Below are positions 36,742 to 46,869 of a stretch of DNA of 64,000 bases, piece by piece; positions within the stretch are counted from its first letter, which is position 1, and every line of letters begins with the position of its first letter. The DNA comes from Sedimentisphaerales bacterium. GTDB taxonomy: Bacteria > Planctomycetota > Phycisphaerae > Sedimentisphaerales > Anaerobacaceae. The DNA lies in the NCBI GenBank assembly GCA_963708075.1, contig OY970194.1:3936001-4000000 (forward strand), in the 5' to 3' direction. The notes beneath the pieces were generated by a model. The model made no database searches, was not told the origin of the DNA, and saw only the letters and a list, made by a program, of their open reading frames with translations. The position numbers and the translations under genes are program-made.

Positions 36742-39429
36742 TCACCGGGCAATCTCCATTGCGCCGAGAACGTACCAGCCATCCACGATGGGCAGGTCTG
36801 TGCCCAGCCGAATCCAGGGAGCCGCGTCGCCGTCGTTTCGCGTGAGCGCCAGTGCGAGGCGGTATTTTCCGGCCTGAACATTCGAGTAGTTCACGCGGGC
36901 CTTCTCAATGGCAGGCCGGCCAGGCATCCACTTTGCCGGGTGACATTCCTGCGGCCACGCGGTATCAACTCGCTTGCCGCTCTCGTCCAGCAGCGCAACA
37001 GCCACCGCACACGGAATGTAGATGGGCGCAACGCCCTGGTTGACCCAGGTCAGCTCCAACTCAAAACCGTCTCTTGGTGCGCGGCCAGGATAGACTGCAC
37101 GGCGCAGATGGAAGTGATAGCCGATGCGGTTGGTCAGGTGTTCGATAAGCTCGCGGTTTTCGTGGAGCATCCGCAGCCCCGACTGGCCGCCGCGCCCGAG
37201 ATCCACCCACTTGGGCGTGACGTAGCCTTCCGGGGCGCCGCTGTGAGTGTTCGCACACATGATGCCGATGTTGCAGACCCTGCCGAGCCGGCCCCAAGCG
37301 TCGAGGAAACGATCCAGCGAGGCCCAGTTGTACTGCCCCTCTTGCGGTTCGACGCTCGCCCAGTCCAGCCGCATCACGCCCATGCCCAGAAGGCCGAGCA
37401 CCTCCTGGGGATGCCTGTTCGGCAGTCCTCCCGCCGACCAGCCTTTTCCCGGATTGAGCAACATGCCCGCCAGCGGCTTGGGTTCGAGCGTCACAATCCC
37501 GGCGGACTCCTCTTTCTTCACGGCCGGCACGAGGCGGATCGCCTGGCCGCATCGAGCGGGCAGCGCCACCTTCAGGACCGAGCTACGATTCACCGTGAGC
37601 CGCTCGATCTTGACATGGGTCCGTGTCGCCACCGCCGGATCGTCAGAGTAGATGTGCGCCGTGTATTTCCGGCCTTCGTCCAGGAACTGGAGAGGGACAT
37701 CGAGTGAGCGAGGTTCATCACTGTTCATAGCGCCGATGAACCAGTTGTCGCCGCTGCGCCGTGCGATCACTGCGTATTGGCCGATGCTGCCGTGAAGAAC
37801 CTTGGTGTCATCCCACACGGTGGGACATTGGGCGAAGAACTCCAGCTCCGGCTCGTCACCGATCACGTTATGGGCGTCCGGGGCGCGGCCTGTCACTTCA
37901 CGCGAGATGAACGGGCGGTCGTACCAGAACAGGAATTGCCACGGACTGTAGAAGCAGACCGCTTTCGCCAGTTGATAGGCGTGCGTGGCCTGGCGGTCCA
38001 CCCGCTCATCGTAGTAGCAGATCGTGTTGTCGCCGGGGCCCGCGAGCATACGCGTGAACAGCGTGGTCAGTGACACGGTGTTGGGCTGGCGTTCCTCGTC
38101 GCCGCGAATGCCCTCCTGGGTCATGAAATTCGGCCAGGTTCGCGACCAGCCCGTCGGGCGGTACTCGTCGTGCACATCGACCATCAACTGGTGCTCGGCG
38201 GCCTTGCGGATAGCCTCATGCATCCAGCTCGTCCATCGCTGGGAACCGACGTTGACGAAGCCGAATTTGATGCCCTTCACACCCCACCGCCGGTAGAGCG
38301 GCAGCAGCTCGTCCAACTGCCGCTCCAGGGCCTTGTGGTTCACGTAAAGGATGATGCCGATGCCTCGCTCGCCGGCGTAGCGGATCACCTCCTGCAAATC
38401 CAGCGGCCCCTTCGAGCGTTTGGGATCGAGGTTGACCGCTCGGGCGTCGGAGGCGTCATCATTCTCCGCTCCGTACCAGCCGGCGTCGAACTCGACATAT
38501 TGGAGGCCGTGCTTGACGGCGAAATCCACGCAGGCCTTGCCGCCGACGGTGCTTAGGGTCACTTCACGAATCACCTTGCCCGGCTTGATCCAGGAGGTAT
38601 CTCTGATGGCACACTCATCGTTGAGGTTGAGGATGATGTCGTTGCGTTCCAGCAACTGCCCGGGACTCTCGGCAAGCATGATCACCCGCCAGGGCGTCCG
38701 CAGCGGCAACGAGGAGGAAACCTCACTGCTTAGCTCAGCAGTCAGACTGTGCGGGACACCGGCCAGAGGCGCCAGCTTCATCCTCGCGTAGTCCACGAGC
38801 CGGGCCTCGGCCACCGCCGCATACCTGTCGTCCGCCAGTCGAACAACCAGCGGACGCTCACAACCTGCTTTGATCTGGCTGATCGGCACATTCGCATACA
38901 GGCCCTGCGCCGTGTAAGTCGCCCACGCGCTGAAGTCGGCCGGGAAGCGGAATTCCGTCATCTCCCGCGAGACAGTGACCCGCTCCATATCCGGCTGCTT
39001 CGGCAGGCTGTAGCAAAACGCCGCACCTTCATCGTAAGCCCGCAAAGTCACGTGCAGGAGTCGGTGCGGCGCGTTTCGCTCCTGTAACTCAACGATAACC
39101 TGATTGTAGTGGTCGCGGATCGTGCTTCGCTCGCCGTAGACGGGTTTCCAGTGAGCATCTATGCTGCTTTCCGTCTGGCGTACAATCTTCAGCCCCTCGG
39201 CAAGCGGCCCGGTCGCGAGAACAGGTCCCAGGCGAGACGAGGCAATCACGACCTTGCCATCGTACGTGACGCTGTAGACAGGGCACGAGGTCGCACCTTC
39301 AAAATCTCTCACTTCAAGCGAAAGGACCACCCGGCCGTCCGGCGACTTCACCTCCGCGGCGCCGGCCGCCTCAATGGTCCCAAGCAGAACGAGTGACAGG
39401 ACGAAGGATGCTGGTACCACCCTCGACAT
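36742..39429 (-). CDS. GH97 glycoside hydrolase fused to a short C-terminal DUF4832/GH42-like segment
   Basis: VKSPDG, LRAYDEGAAF, TPWRVI, SWIKPGK, FDAGWY, WGVKGIKFGF, VDVHDEYRPTG, TQEGIRGDE, VWDDTKVL; then LLNPGKGW..WASVEPQEGQYNW..TPKWV..RIGYHF..NQGVAPIY. Confidence 0.82.
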   Translation of the reverse strand: MSRVVPASFVLSLVLLGTIEAAGAAEVKSPDGRVVLSLEVRDFEGATSCPVYSVTYDGKVVIASSRLGPVLATGPLAEGLKIVRQTESSIDAHWKPVYGERSTIRDHYNQVIVELQERNAPHRLLHVTLRAYDEGAAFCYSLPKQPDMERVTVSREMTEFRFPADFSAWATYTAQGLYANVPISQIKAGCERPLVVRLADDRYAAVAEARLVDYARMKLAPLAGVPHSLTAELSSEVSSSLPLRTPWRVIMLAESPGQLLERNDIILNLNDECAIRDTSWIKPGKVIREVTLSTVGGKACVDFAVKHGLQYVEFDAGWYGAENDDASDARAVNLDPKRSKGPLDLQEVIRYAGERGIGIILYVNHKALERQLDELLPLYRRWGVKGIKFGFVNVGSQRWTSWMHEAIRKAAEHQLMVDVHDEYRPTGWSRTWPNFMTQEGIRGDEERQPNTVSLTTLFTRMLAGPGDNTICYYDERVDRQATHAYQLAKAVCFYSPWQFLFWYDRPFISREVTGRAPDAHNVIGDEPELEFFAQCPTVWDDTKVLHGSIGQYAVIARRSGDNWFIGAMNSDEPRSLDVPLQFLDEGRKYTAHIYSDDPAVATRTHVKIERLTVNRSSVLKVALPARCGQAIRLVPAVKKEESAGIVTLEPKPLAGMLLNPGKGWSAGGLPNRHPQEVLGLLGMGVMRLDWASVEPQEGQYNWASLDRFLDAWGRLGRVCNIGIMCANTHSGAPEGYVTPKWVDLGRGGQSGLRMLHENRELIEHLTNRIGYHFHLRRAVYPGRAPRDGFELELTWVNQGVAPIYIPCAVAVALLDESGKRVDTAWPQECHPAKWMPGRPAIEKARVNYSNVQAGKYRLALALTRNDGDAAPWIRLGTDLPIVDGWYVLGAMEIAR

Positions 39430-39636
39430 TTCTCGCACAGTGTTTCTCCTTAAGGCCAACACAGGAACCTGCCATGTTACCGCCGATTGTAGCAGATCGC
39501 GTCACCGATCGTAAAGCTGCGGAGTTCACGAAACGAGTTTCCGCGGCCTGCCAGTGGACAGCCGAGAGCACGTTCGGTATCATCTGAGGCCTGTACGGTG
39601 ACAAATCCCGGCTCTGTTCTTGAAAAGGAGACAAGC

Positions 39637-41634
39637 ATGAGTCAACACCTGTCCTTACGTTCTTGCCTTGGGGCGATTGCATGTCTGATGGTCGTCACGG
39701 CAATCTGTGTGGGAGCCGAGCCCAATGCGCAGGCCTCCGGGCCGGCCGTTGCCGAGGTATCGGTCGACGCGTCTAAGATCAGGGAGCCGATTAGCCCTTA
39801 CATCTACGGCCAGTTCATCGAGCACCTGGGGCGATGCATCTACGGCGGCATTTGGGCGGAGATGCTGGAGGACCGCAAGTTCTACTTCCCCGTCCCGGCG
39901 GACAAGGAGATCTGGCGTCTCACCCGCGAGCAGGCCCGCGTGCTGGCCGCGTCCCCCTGGAAAGTGATCGGTGTAGGGGCGAATAATGATTCGCCCGTTC
40001 AGATGGTCAAACAGGATGCCTTTGTGGGCGACCACACGCCGCAGATCAATGCGCCAGGCAATGGGACTGTCGTGGGCGTCTATCAGGAGGAACTCGGGCT
40101 GGTCAAAGGCCGGACATATGTGGGATACCTGTATGTGGCCGCAGACGGCAAAGTGGCGCCCGTGACCGTCAGCCTGTCCTGGGGCCAGGCCGACGCGGAC
40201 AAGGCAGTGCAGACCGTTAAGTCGGTCGGTGCCAAGTACACCAAGGTTCCCTTCAAGTTCACGGCCGGAGCCGACAGTGACAATGGGCGGCTGGCGATCA
40301 CTACGAGCGGCAAGGGTAAGCTGAAGATCGGGTGCGTATCGCTGATGCCCGCCGATAATGTCGAAGGGTTCCGCAAGGACACACTCGAGCTGCTCAAGCA
40401 ACTCAACGCTCCAGTGTATCGGTGGCCGGGCGGCAACTTCGTGAGCGGCTATGACTGGCGGGACGGCTTGGGCGACCGGGACAAGAGACCCACCCGCACC
40501 AATCCGGCGTGGACCGGGATCGAAACCAACGACATGGGCATGCACGAATTCGTTCGCTTTTGCGAGCTGATCGGAACGGAGCCCATGATCGCGGTCAACA
40601 CGGGATTCGGCGACGCCTACTCGGCTGCCGCGGAGGTCGAATACGCCAATGGTTCGACCGAAACCCCGATGGGCAAGTGGCGGGCCAAGAATGGCGTCGC
40701 CAAGCCCTTCGGTGTCAAGTGGTGGTGCGTGGGCAATGAGATGTGGGGCAACTGGCAGCTTGGCTACATGCAATTGCGCCACTACGTATTGAAGCACAAC
40801 TGGGTCGAGGAGATGATGCGCAAGGTGGACCCGACGATCAAGACGGTGGGCAGCGGCGACGTGGGCGACGCGGGGCAGCGGAGCTGGACCCGGGGGATGC
40901 TCACAAGTTGTGCCGATCACATGGACCTGATCAGCGAGCACTTCTATTGCCGGGACAAGGAAGATATCCCGCAACACGTACAGCAGATCCCGAACAACGT
41001 CAAACGGATCGCGGATGCACATCGCAAGCTTCGTGAAGAACTGCCGTCGTTGAAGGGCAAAGATATTCGCATCGCCCTGGATGAGTGGAACTACTGGTAC
41101 GGGCCTCACGTCTTCGGCGAACTGGGCACCCGGTACTTCCTCAAGGACGCATTGGGCATCGCCGCGGGCCTGCACGAGTACTTCCGCAACAGCGACATCA
41201 TGTTCATGGCCAACTACGCCCAGACGGTCAATGTCATCGGGTGCATCAAGACCACCAAGACAGCCGCTGAGTTTGACTCTACAGGCATGCCTCTGATGCT
41301 GTATCGGCAGCACTTTGGCACGATCCCGATTGCTGTCGAGCACCAGGCAGCACCCCTGGATATCTCGGCCGCCCTAACGTCAGACAAGAAGGCTCTGACC
41401 ATCGCCGTGGTCAATCCCACCAAGGACACGACCCAACTGAAGTTGAATCTGGGTTCTGTCAAACTCGGGAGCAAGGCCCAGACCTGGGTCATCGCCGGGG
41501 ACGACCCCATGGCCTACAACCAGCCGGGCGAGTCACGCAAGGTGGACATCCAGGAGGCAGGGACCACGGATCTGGCCGGCGTTGTTTCTGTCAAGCCGTT
41601 GAGCATCACACTTTGGAAGGTGGCGGTCCAATGA
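39637..41634 (+). CDS. GH51 alpha-L-arabinofuranosidase
   Basis: AAGGAG RBS; IYGQFIEHLGRCIYGG, RWPGGNFVSGY, WCVGNEMWG, DEWNYW, MANYAQTVNVI. Confidence 0.92.
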   Translation: MSQHLSLRSCLGAIACLMVVTAICVGAEPNAQASGPAVAEVSVDASKIREPISPYIYGQFIEHLGRCIYGGIWAEMLEDRKFYFPVPADKEIWRLTREQARVLAASPWKVIGVGANNDSPVQMVKQDAFVGDHTPQINAPGNGTVVGVYQEELGLVKGRTYVGYLYVAADGKVAPVTVSLSWGQADADKAVQTVKSVGAKYTKVPFKFTAGADSDNGRLAITTSGKGKLKIGCVSLMPADNVEGFRKDTLELLKQLNAPVYRWPGGNFVSGYDWRDGLGDRDKRPTRTNPAWTGIETNDMGMHEFVRFCELIGTEPMIAVNTGFGDAYSAAAEVEYANGSTETPMGKWRAKNGVAKPFGVKWWCVGNEMWGNWQLGYMQLRHYVLKHNWVEEMMRKVDPTIKTVGSGDVGDAGQRSWTRGMLTSCADHMDLISEHFYCRDKEDIPQHVQQIPNNVKRIADAHRKLREELPSLKGKDIRIALDEWNYWYGPHVFGELGTRYFLKDALGIAAGLHEYFRNSDIMFMANYAQTVNVIGCIKTTKTAAEFDSTGMPLMLYRQHFGTIPIAVEHQAAPLDISAALTSDKKALTIAVVNPTKDTTQLKLNLGSVKLGSKAQTWVIAGDDPMAYNQPGESRKVDIQEAGTTDLAGVVSVKPLSITLWKVAVQ

Positions 41635-43442
41635 AGAACACCATGATCTGTATGGCAGCCGGGCTACTTCTCTGCTGCGCCACGGGCTTCAGCATGGACA
41701 AGCCCGTCAAGGTGACGTTTGAGGGCAAGGCCGCCGAGCACAAATGGTCTTTGAAAGAGTTGGACGCCCAGTTGCCCTCGGACTGGTCCGACTACAACTA
41801 CCTGGTAATGGAGATCAGGACGTCCACGCCGCAGCGTTTCTCCCTGTGGCTCCATACCACTAACGGCAAACGAAGGCTGATGCTCCAGCCCTTTGGCCAG
41901 AATGTCTGGCTGCGGGCCTCCATTCCGCTGCAATACCTCAAGGGCAGGGACCAGAAGGGAACGGACCTCGCTTCCGCCAGCAACCGGCGAACCAACTCGT
42001 TCTGGATGTCGGTGTGGGGACCGTTCGGCGATCTCAAGAATGTCGAGGCGATGAGCATGGCCATGGACTACCCGCTCAACAAGCCCACCCTGGAGATTCG
42101 GTCCGTCACTCTATCGAAGGAGGACGCGGGGTCTGAATTCATCGAGCAGGACAAACTGCCTGTGCTGGACGAATTCGGCCAGTGGGCCCACGCTAACTGG
42201 CCCCGCAAGATCAAGAGCCGCGAGCAGCTTCAGAAGGAACTGGCGGACGAGGAGAAGTCCTTTGGCCCCGGCGAATTCGGCTTCTGCAAGTATGGCGGTT
42301 ATGCCGGCACCAAGGCGGCGGCCACGGGCTTCTTCCGGGTCGAACAGATCGATGGCAGGTGGTGGTTCGTCGATCCAGACGGACATCTCTTTCTGTCCAC
42401 GGGCTCCAACGGCATGGGCGGCGTCAGATCAGGCAGAGGCGGCCCGCGGAATGCCGCATCTTCGGAGGCCGGTGCCCCGCCCGACCGGACCATCGCCCGC
42501 ATGGAGGCCTGGGGTCTGACCACGATCGGCAACTGGTCCTTCGTGACACCTGCGGAGAATCAACGAAAGGCCTACGTAGTAACCTTCCGCGGCCCGCGTA
42601 CACAGACCTCCTTTCTGGGAATGCAGGACGTGTACTCCGATGAGTTTGTCGCCAACGCCGATGCCGCCGCGAGCCAACAATGCGTCTCGCGCAAGGACGA
42701 CCCCTGGCTGCTGGGCTATTTCATCGGCAACGAGCCGCCCTGGCCGAATCGCGAGAGCGAGGTGGTCGATTTGTTCCTCAAAGGCCCCGACACCGCCACC
42801 CAGCGTAAGCTCAAGGAGTTCCTGGCCCAGGGCGATACGCCCAACCGACGCCGGGAATTCGTATACGCCATGTTCGAGCGATACCTCACGCTGGTCGGCC
42901 AGGCCATCAAGAAATACGACCCCAACCATCTGAATCTGGGCATCCGGTTCGGAGGCACGCCGCCGGAAGCCGTGATGCGCATGGCGAAGATGTTCGACGT
43001 GTGCAGCATCAACGTGTACGAGTACGAGCCGACCCGGCAGATGAAGAGAGTCTATGAAGTCACCGGTCGGCCGATCGTCATCGGTGAGTTCCACCTGGGC
43101 GTGCCGGCCGACGGCCTGGGCGCGGGCCTGGTCCAGACCGCCAATCAGGTCGAGCGGGGCAAGGGATACCGCTACTACATGGAGCAGGCCGCTGCCCTGC
43201 CGTGTTTTGTGGGCGCCCACTGGTTCTGCTGGCGGGACGAGCCGGTCCTGGGACGCATGGACGGGGAGAACTATAACATCGGGTTCGTGGATGCCACGGA
43301 CCGTCCGTACCCTGAACTCGTGGACGCCGCCAAAGCCACGCATAAGACGCTGCTCGACGTGCACTCCGGCAAGACGCCGCCGTTTGCGGAGCGTCCCAAG
43401 GCCTCGGAAGCCGGAACGCCGGAGTCGCCCTGGGGTAACTGA
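41631..43442 (+). CDS. GH50 (agarase)-like glycoside hydrolase
   Basis: LDEFGQW..WPRKI, ATGFFRVEQIDGRWWFVDPDG, TTIGNWS, GYFIGNE, DPNHLNLGIRF, IGEFHLG, VGAHWF..DGENYNIGFVD. Confidence 0.75.
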   Translation: MKNTMICMAAGLLLCCATGFSMDKPVKVTFEGKAAEHKWSLKELDAQLPSDWSDYNYLVMEIRTSTPQRFSLWLHTTNGKRRLMLQPFGQNVWLRASIPLQYLKGRDQKGTDLASASNRRTNSFWMSVWGPFGDLKNVEAMSMAMDYPLNKPTLEIRSVTLSKEDAGSEFIEQDKLPVLDEFGQWAHANWPRKIKSREQLQKELADEEKSFGPGEFGFCKYGGYAGTKAAATGFFRVEQIDGRWWFVDPDGHLFLSTGSNGMGGVRSGRGGPRNAASSEAGAPPDRTIARMEAWGLTTIGNWSFVTPAENQRKAYVVTFRGPRTQTSFLGMQDVYSDEFVANADAAASQQCVSRKDDPWLLGYFIGNEPPWPNRESEVVDLFLKGPDTATQRKLKEFLAQGDTPNRRREFVYAMFERYLTLVGQAIKKYDPNHLNLGIRFGGTPPEAVMRMAKMFDVCSINVYEYEPTRQMKRVYEVTGRPIVIGEFHLGVPADGLGAGLVQTANQVERGKGYRYYMEQAAALPCFVGAHWFCWRDEPVLGRMDGENYNIGFVDATDRPYPELVDAAKATHKTLLDVHSGKTPPFAERPKASEAGTPESPWGN

Positions 43443-43501
43443 GCCATGAGCCATGCGCGAACCGGAGGCTGTCTTCGTCACGTGTTCCGTCCAGGGATTC
43501 A

Positions 43502-44809
43502 TCAGCGGCCGATACAGTACAGGTTCTCTGCGGTTCGTATGAACAGGCGGCCGTTGGCGACGGCAATAGACGATTTGATTTCCGGCTCGCCCATGGCCGT
43601 CTCGAAAAGGACCTTGAACTCGTCGCCGCCGGCCTGGAGCACGACGACGTGGCCGTCCTCATTGATGCAGTAGAGCTTGCCGTCGCCGGCCGTCGGCGAC
43701 GCCCACCATGGTCGGCTCCCGGGCAGCTTGCCCTGCCAGAACTGCTTGCCCGTTCGCGGCTCGAGGCAGGTGACGACCTTGCGCCTGAGGCCGTCCAGCA
43801 CGTAGAGCCGCCCGTCATAGAACAGGGGTGTACTGCAGTCCGGCGCCGCCTCGTCAAAGTCCCACAGAATCCGCCCGCCCCGGCCATCGCGTGTGGGTGG
43901 CTCGAGAGCGAAGACCCCTTTGTGCTTGTGACGAGTGCCAAAGATCAGTCCATCGCCGGTCACCAGCGTAGGAATGATGCGGGAGTCACGAACCTTGTCG
44001 GTCCAGTACTCGAACCGCCAGAGTTCTTTGCCCGTCTGCGGATCGTGCAAGGTAATGAAATCGCCGCCTGTCGTGAGCAGCTCGGCCTTGCCGTCCCGAA
44101 CGAATGGGATCGGTGTCATGTAGGTCTCCATGCCCTCGTCGAAAGCGTCCGTCTTTCGGGGCTGCCTCCATAGCGTCTGCCCGGTAGCCGGGTCCACGGC
44201 CAGAATGAACGAGTCGAGGGGGCCGGCCGCACCAGGATTCTCGCCCCGGTATGGGGTATCGCGTCGAAAGACCACCACGTACAGCTTGCCCTCGTAGAGC
44301 AGCGGACTATTGCTGTACCCGAATTGCAGGGCCAGGTTGCCGTACTCCTTTTCGATGTTGCGGGACCAGAGCTCCTTGCCCTCGACATCGAAGCCGATCA
44401 GCGTACCGTCGCCGTACAGGAAGAATACACGCGTTCCGTCCGTCGCGGGAGACGGCGACGCCATGTTGTTTCGCGGGAATCGGCGGGCATCGGAGCCCAC
44501 CTGCCGCCGCCACAGCGGCTTACCGGCCACCGCATCAAAGCACAGCGCCACAAATTCACCCGTTCCTTTGATCATCGAGGTCACGAACACTCGGCCGCCG
44601 GCGATGACGGGCGTGGCCCCGCTCGGCCCCGGCAGCGGACTGACCCAGGCAATCCCTCTCTCCTTGCTCCAGGAGGCCGGCAGGTCTTTAACGTCCGTGG
44701 AACCGTTGAAGAACGGCCCCCTCCATTGCGGCCAATCCATCGCCACGCCCGAAATGGCAAGCCACAAAACCAAGACAATCATCAATGCCAAGCGGTTCAG
44801 ATTCATCAT
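43502..44809 (-). CDS. PQQ-binding-like beta-propeller protein
   Basis: Signal peptide then DWPQWRGP; repeated GKELW motifs; ASPTAGDGKLY, SSIAVANGRLFIRT. Confidence 0.88.
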   Translation of the reverse strand: MMNLNRLALMIVLVLWLAISGVAMDWPQWRGPFFNGSTDVKDLPASWSKERGIAWVSPLPGPSGATPVIAGGRVFVTSMIKGTGEFVALCFDAVAGKPLWRRQVGSDARRFPRNNMASPSPATDGTRVFFLYGDGTLIGFDVEGKELWSRNIEKEYGNLALQFGYSNSPLLYEGKLYVVVFRRDTPYRGENPGAAGPLDSFILAVDPATGQTLWRQPRKTDAFDEGMETYMTPIPFVRDGKAELLTTGGDFITLHDPQTGKELWRFEYWTDKVRDSRIIPTLVTGDGLIFGTRHKHKGVFALEPPTRDGRGGRILWDFDEAAPDCSTPLFYDGRLYVLDGLRRKVVTCLEPRTGKQFWQGKLPGSRPWWASPTAGDGKLYCINEDGHVVVLQAGGDEFKVLFETAMGEPEIKSSIAVANGRLFIRTAENLYCIGR

Positions 44810-44811
44810 TG

Positions 44812-45994
44812 TTACATGCTCAAAGGATGCTTGCGGTTCTCAATCGGAAATCGGACAGGCGCGTTGAGCCTGTTCGATTCATATACGGCCAGGATCATTC
44901 CCAGTGCCGCACGCCCATCGTACATACTGCCTTTCGGCTGAGTATCGGTTCTCGATGGCCCGGATCAGATCGAGTGCGATGAGACGATTGCCGTATGCGT
45001 GGCTGGGATCGCTGAGAGGCTCCGGCTTGTCAACACCGTCACTGGAGATACGCTTCCACTGTGCCTTGCTGCGCCCCGGCTGCCAGGATGGATCCTCCAC
45101 AAACCAGGTCTCAGGCACGGCGCCCATGGTCGTCGTGAGGATTCCCTTGCTCCCGTAGATCTGAAGGCCATATCGGCTGGAGGCGCCATGCCGGGCACGA
45201 TGCGTAGAGAAATAGCCCGTTGTCGTTGCATCGAAACGATACATGGCGTGAATCTCATCTCCGGCAAGACAACCTATCCCCTCCGCCCCATCGCGAACAT
45301 CGCTTCTTGTGACAGGATGTCCATCGGTCCTCACCTGCGCAAAGCACCATTGTGGGCTGCCCGCGAGCAATCGCATCAGATCCATGACGTGGGTGCCGAG
45401 CACCATGAGGTCCTCCCCGCCGCCGCGACGGTCCTCTTTGCCCCGGCCCCGCAGCTCAAGGATATCCCCCAGCTCCCCTTCTGCAATCATCTTCTGCGCA
45501 TGGGCCAGCGCCGGGCTGTGGCGCGTCTGATGGGCAATGGCCAGCTTCAGGTTCCGTTTCTCAAGAGCGGCAATCATCTCGTCTGCCTGTTCGAGCGTCT
45601 GACACATCGGCTTCTCAAGAAAGACGTGGCAACCCGACTCCGCACAAGCAAGCACCATGTCACGATGGCAGTCCAGCCAGCGAGGGGCTACGCTCACGAT
45701 CTTCGGCCGCTCCTTCTCCAGCATTTGACGGTAGTCGGCGTAGCTTTTCGGTGCACGGAGCCGCTGGGCCGCCGCCGCACAGCCTTTCGGATCCGGGTCG
45801 GCCACCGCCACCACTTCAACCTGCTCGACATCGTTCCATACGACGTCCAGTCCGTGGCCGTAGTCCCCCTGGCCCGTCCTGCCGATGACCGCGACGCGGT
45901 ATCTCGCGGCTTCGCTCTGGGTGCTGCCCTTTCGGCTCCCGGACAATGCGGTCAGCCCGAATGCGGTAGCCGCGATGAAATCTCGCCGTCTCAT
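44812..45994 (-). CDS. Gfo/Idh/MocA oxidoreductase with Tat signal, +1 frameshift near 44950
   Basis: MRRRDFI leader, EKPM, GTHVMDL. Removing one A from GAGAACCGAT gives IETDTQPKGSMYDGRAALGMILAVYES...ENRKHPLSM-stop at 44812, immediately before the next start at 44809. Confidence 0.85.
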
Positions 45995-46373
45995 GTGATG
46001 TCTCCTATCCGACAAGCCGTGTGTATCATCCCCCAGGAAGACCCTTCTCCTGCCAACATAGTTGCCGAGATTGCAGTAAACAGATGCAGGGGGCAGATCT
46101 GCATCCGGATCATACTCCCTTCGGCACGGCCCAATGGCCGGCGCGATACTCCCGGCGCACGAAACCGTTGGCGCCGGCAGCCCGACACGTGCGAGGCAAG
46201 CCGGCCAGCGCCATGGCGGTCGCCAATGTCCCCGACTGCCTCAGGAGGTTTCTGCGACTGAGCTCTTTCATAGGGAGCATTGTCCCGGAATCAGCTTAGG
46301 AATGCAAGCCTCCTCTGCGGTTGTTGATCCCGCCCTGGAACACTCTGCTATCTTCGCCCGAAAGGCTACGGCT

Positions 46374-46808
46374 TCAAATGGTCGGGGCGGCCTCGCCCAA
46401 GTGAATCGACTGGATGTCCCCCGGAGCGATTTCGACGTACTTGTAGTTGCCGGAAGTGGGATAGGCCGCACGGATTCTGACGGCGCCGGGCGAGACATCG
46501 GTGAGCTCCCCGGTGTAGAGTGTTGTCGATCCCATGATGCGCACCATGCCAAGAGGCGGCGGTGGAGGAGGAATAGGTATGCTGCGGGCCACCACGACGC
46601 ACCGTTTGCCGACGTGTGCCTTCGCCAGCCTGTCGAAACTGACCGGCTGCATCCCGCGCGTCAGGGCATCCCTCACCTTGGCAATCTCCGCACCGCTCGG
46701 TCCAATCACTTGCGGCGCAGGCCCGCTCTCTTTCCTTTTGCAGCCGGATATGGCCAGTAGAATTGCCGCTGCGGTAATCCAGTAACCCAGGTTCCTTGCG
46801 CTCATCAT
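46374..46808 (-). CDS. Small hypothetical lipoprotein
   Basis: AAGGAG RBS, LLAISGC lipobox, poly-Pro stretch. Confidence 0.6.
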   Translation of the reverse strand: MMSARNLGYWITAAAILLAISGCKRKESGPAPQVIGPSGAEIAKVRDALTRGMQPVSFDRLAKAHVGKRCVVVARSIPIPPPPPPLGMVRIMGSTTLYTGELTDVSPGAVRIRAAYPTSGNYKYVEIAPGDIQSIHLGEAAPTI

Positions 46809-46869
46809 GCAGCTCCTTCTGCGTGCCGGCTTCCCAGCAAGCATGTCTCGGCAGGTCAAGACTCCGCGC

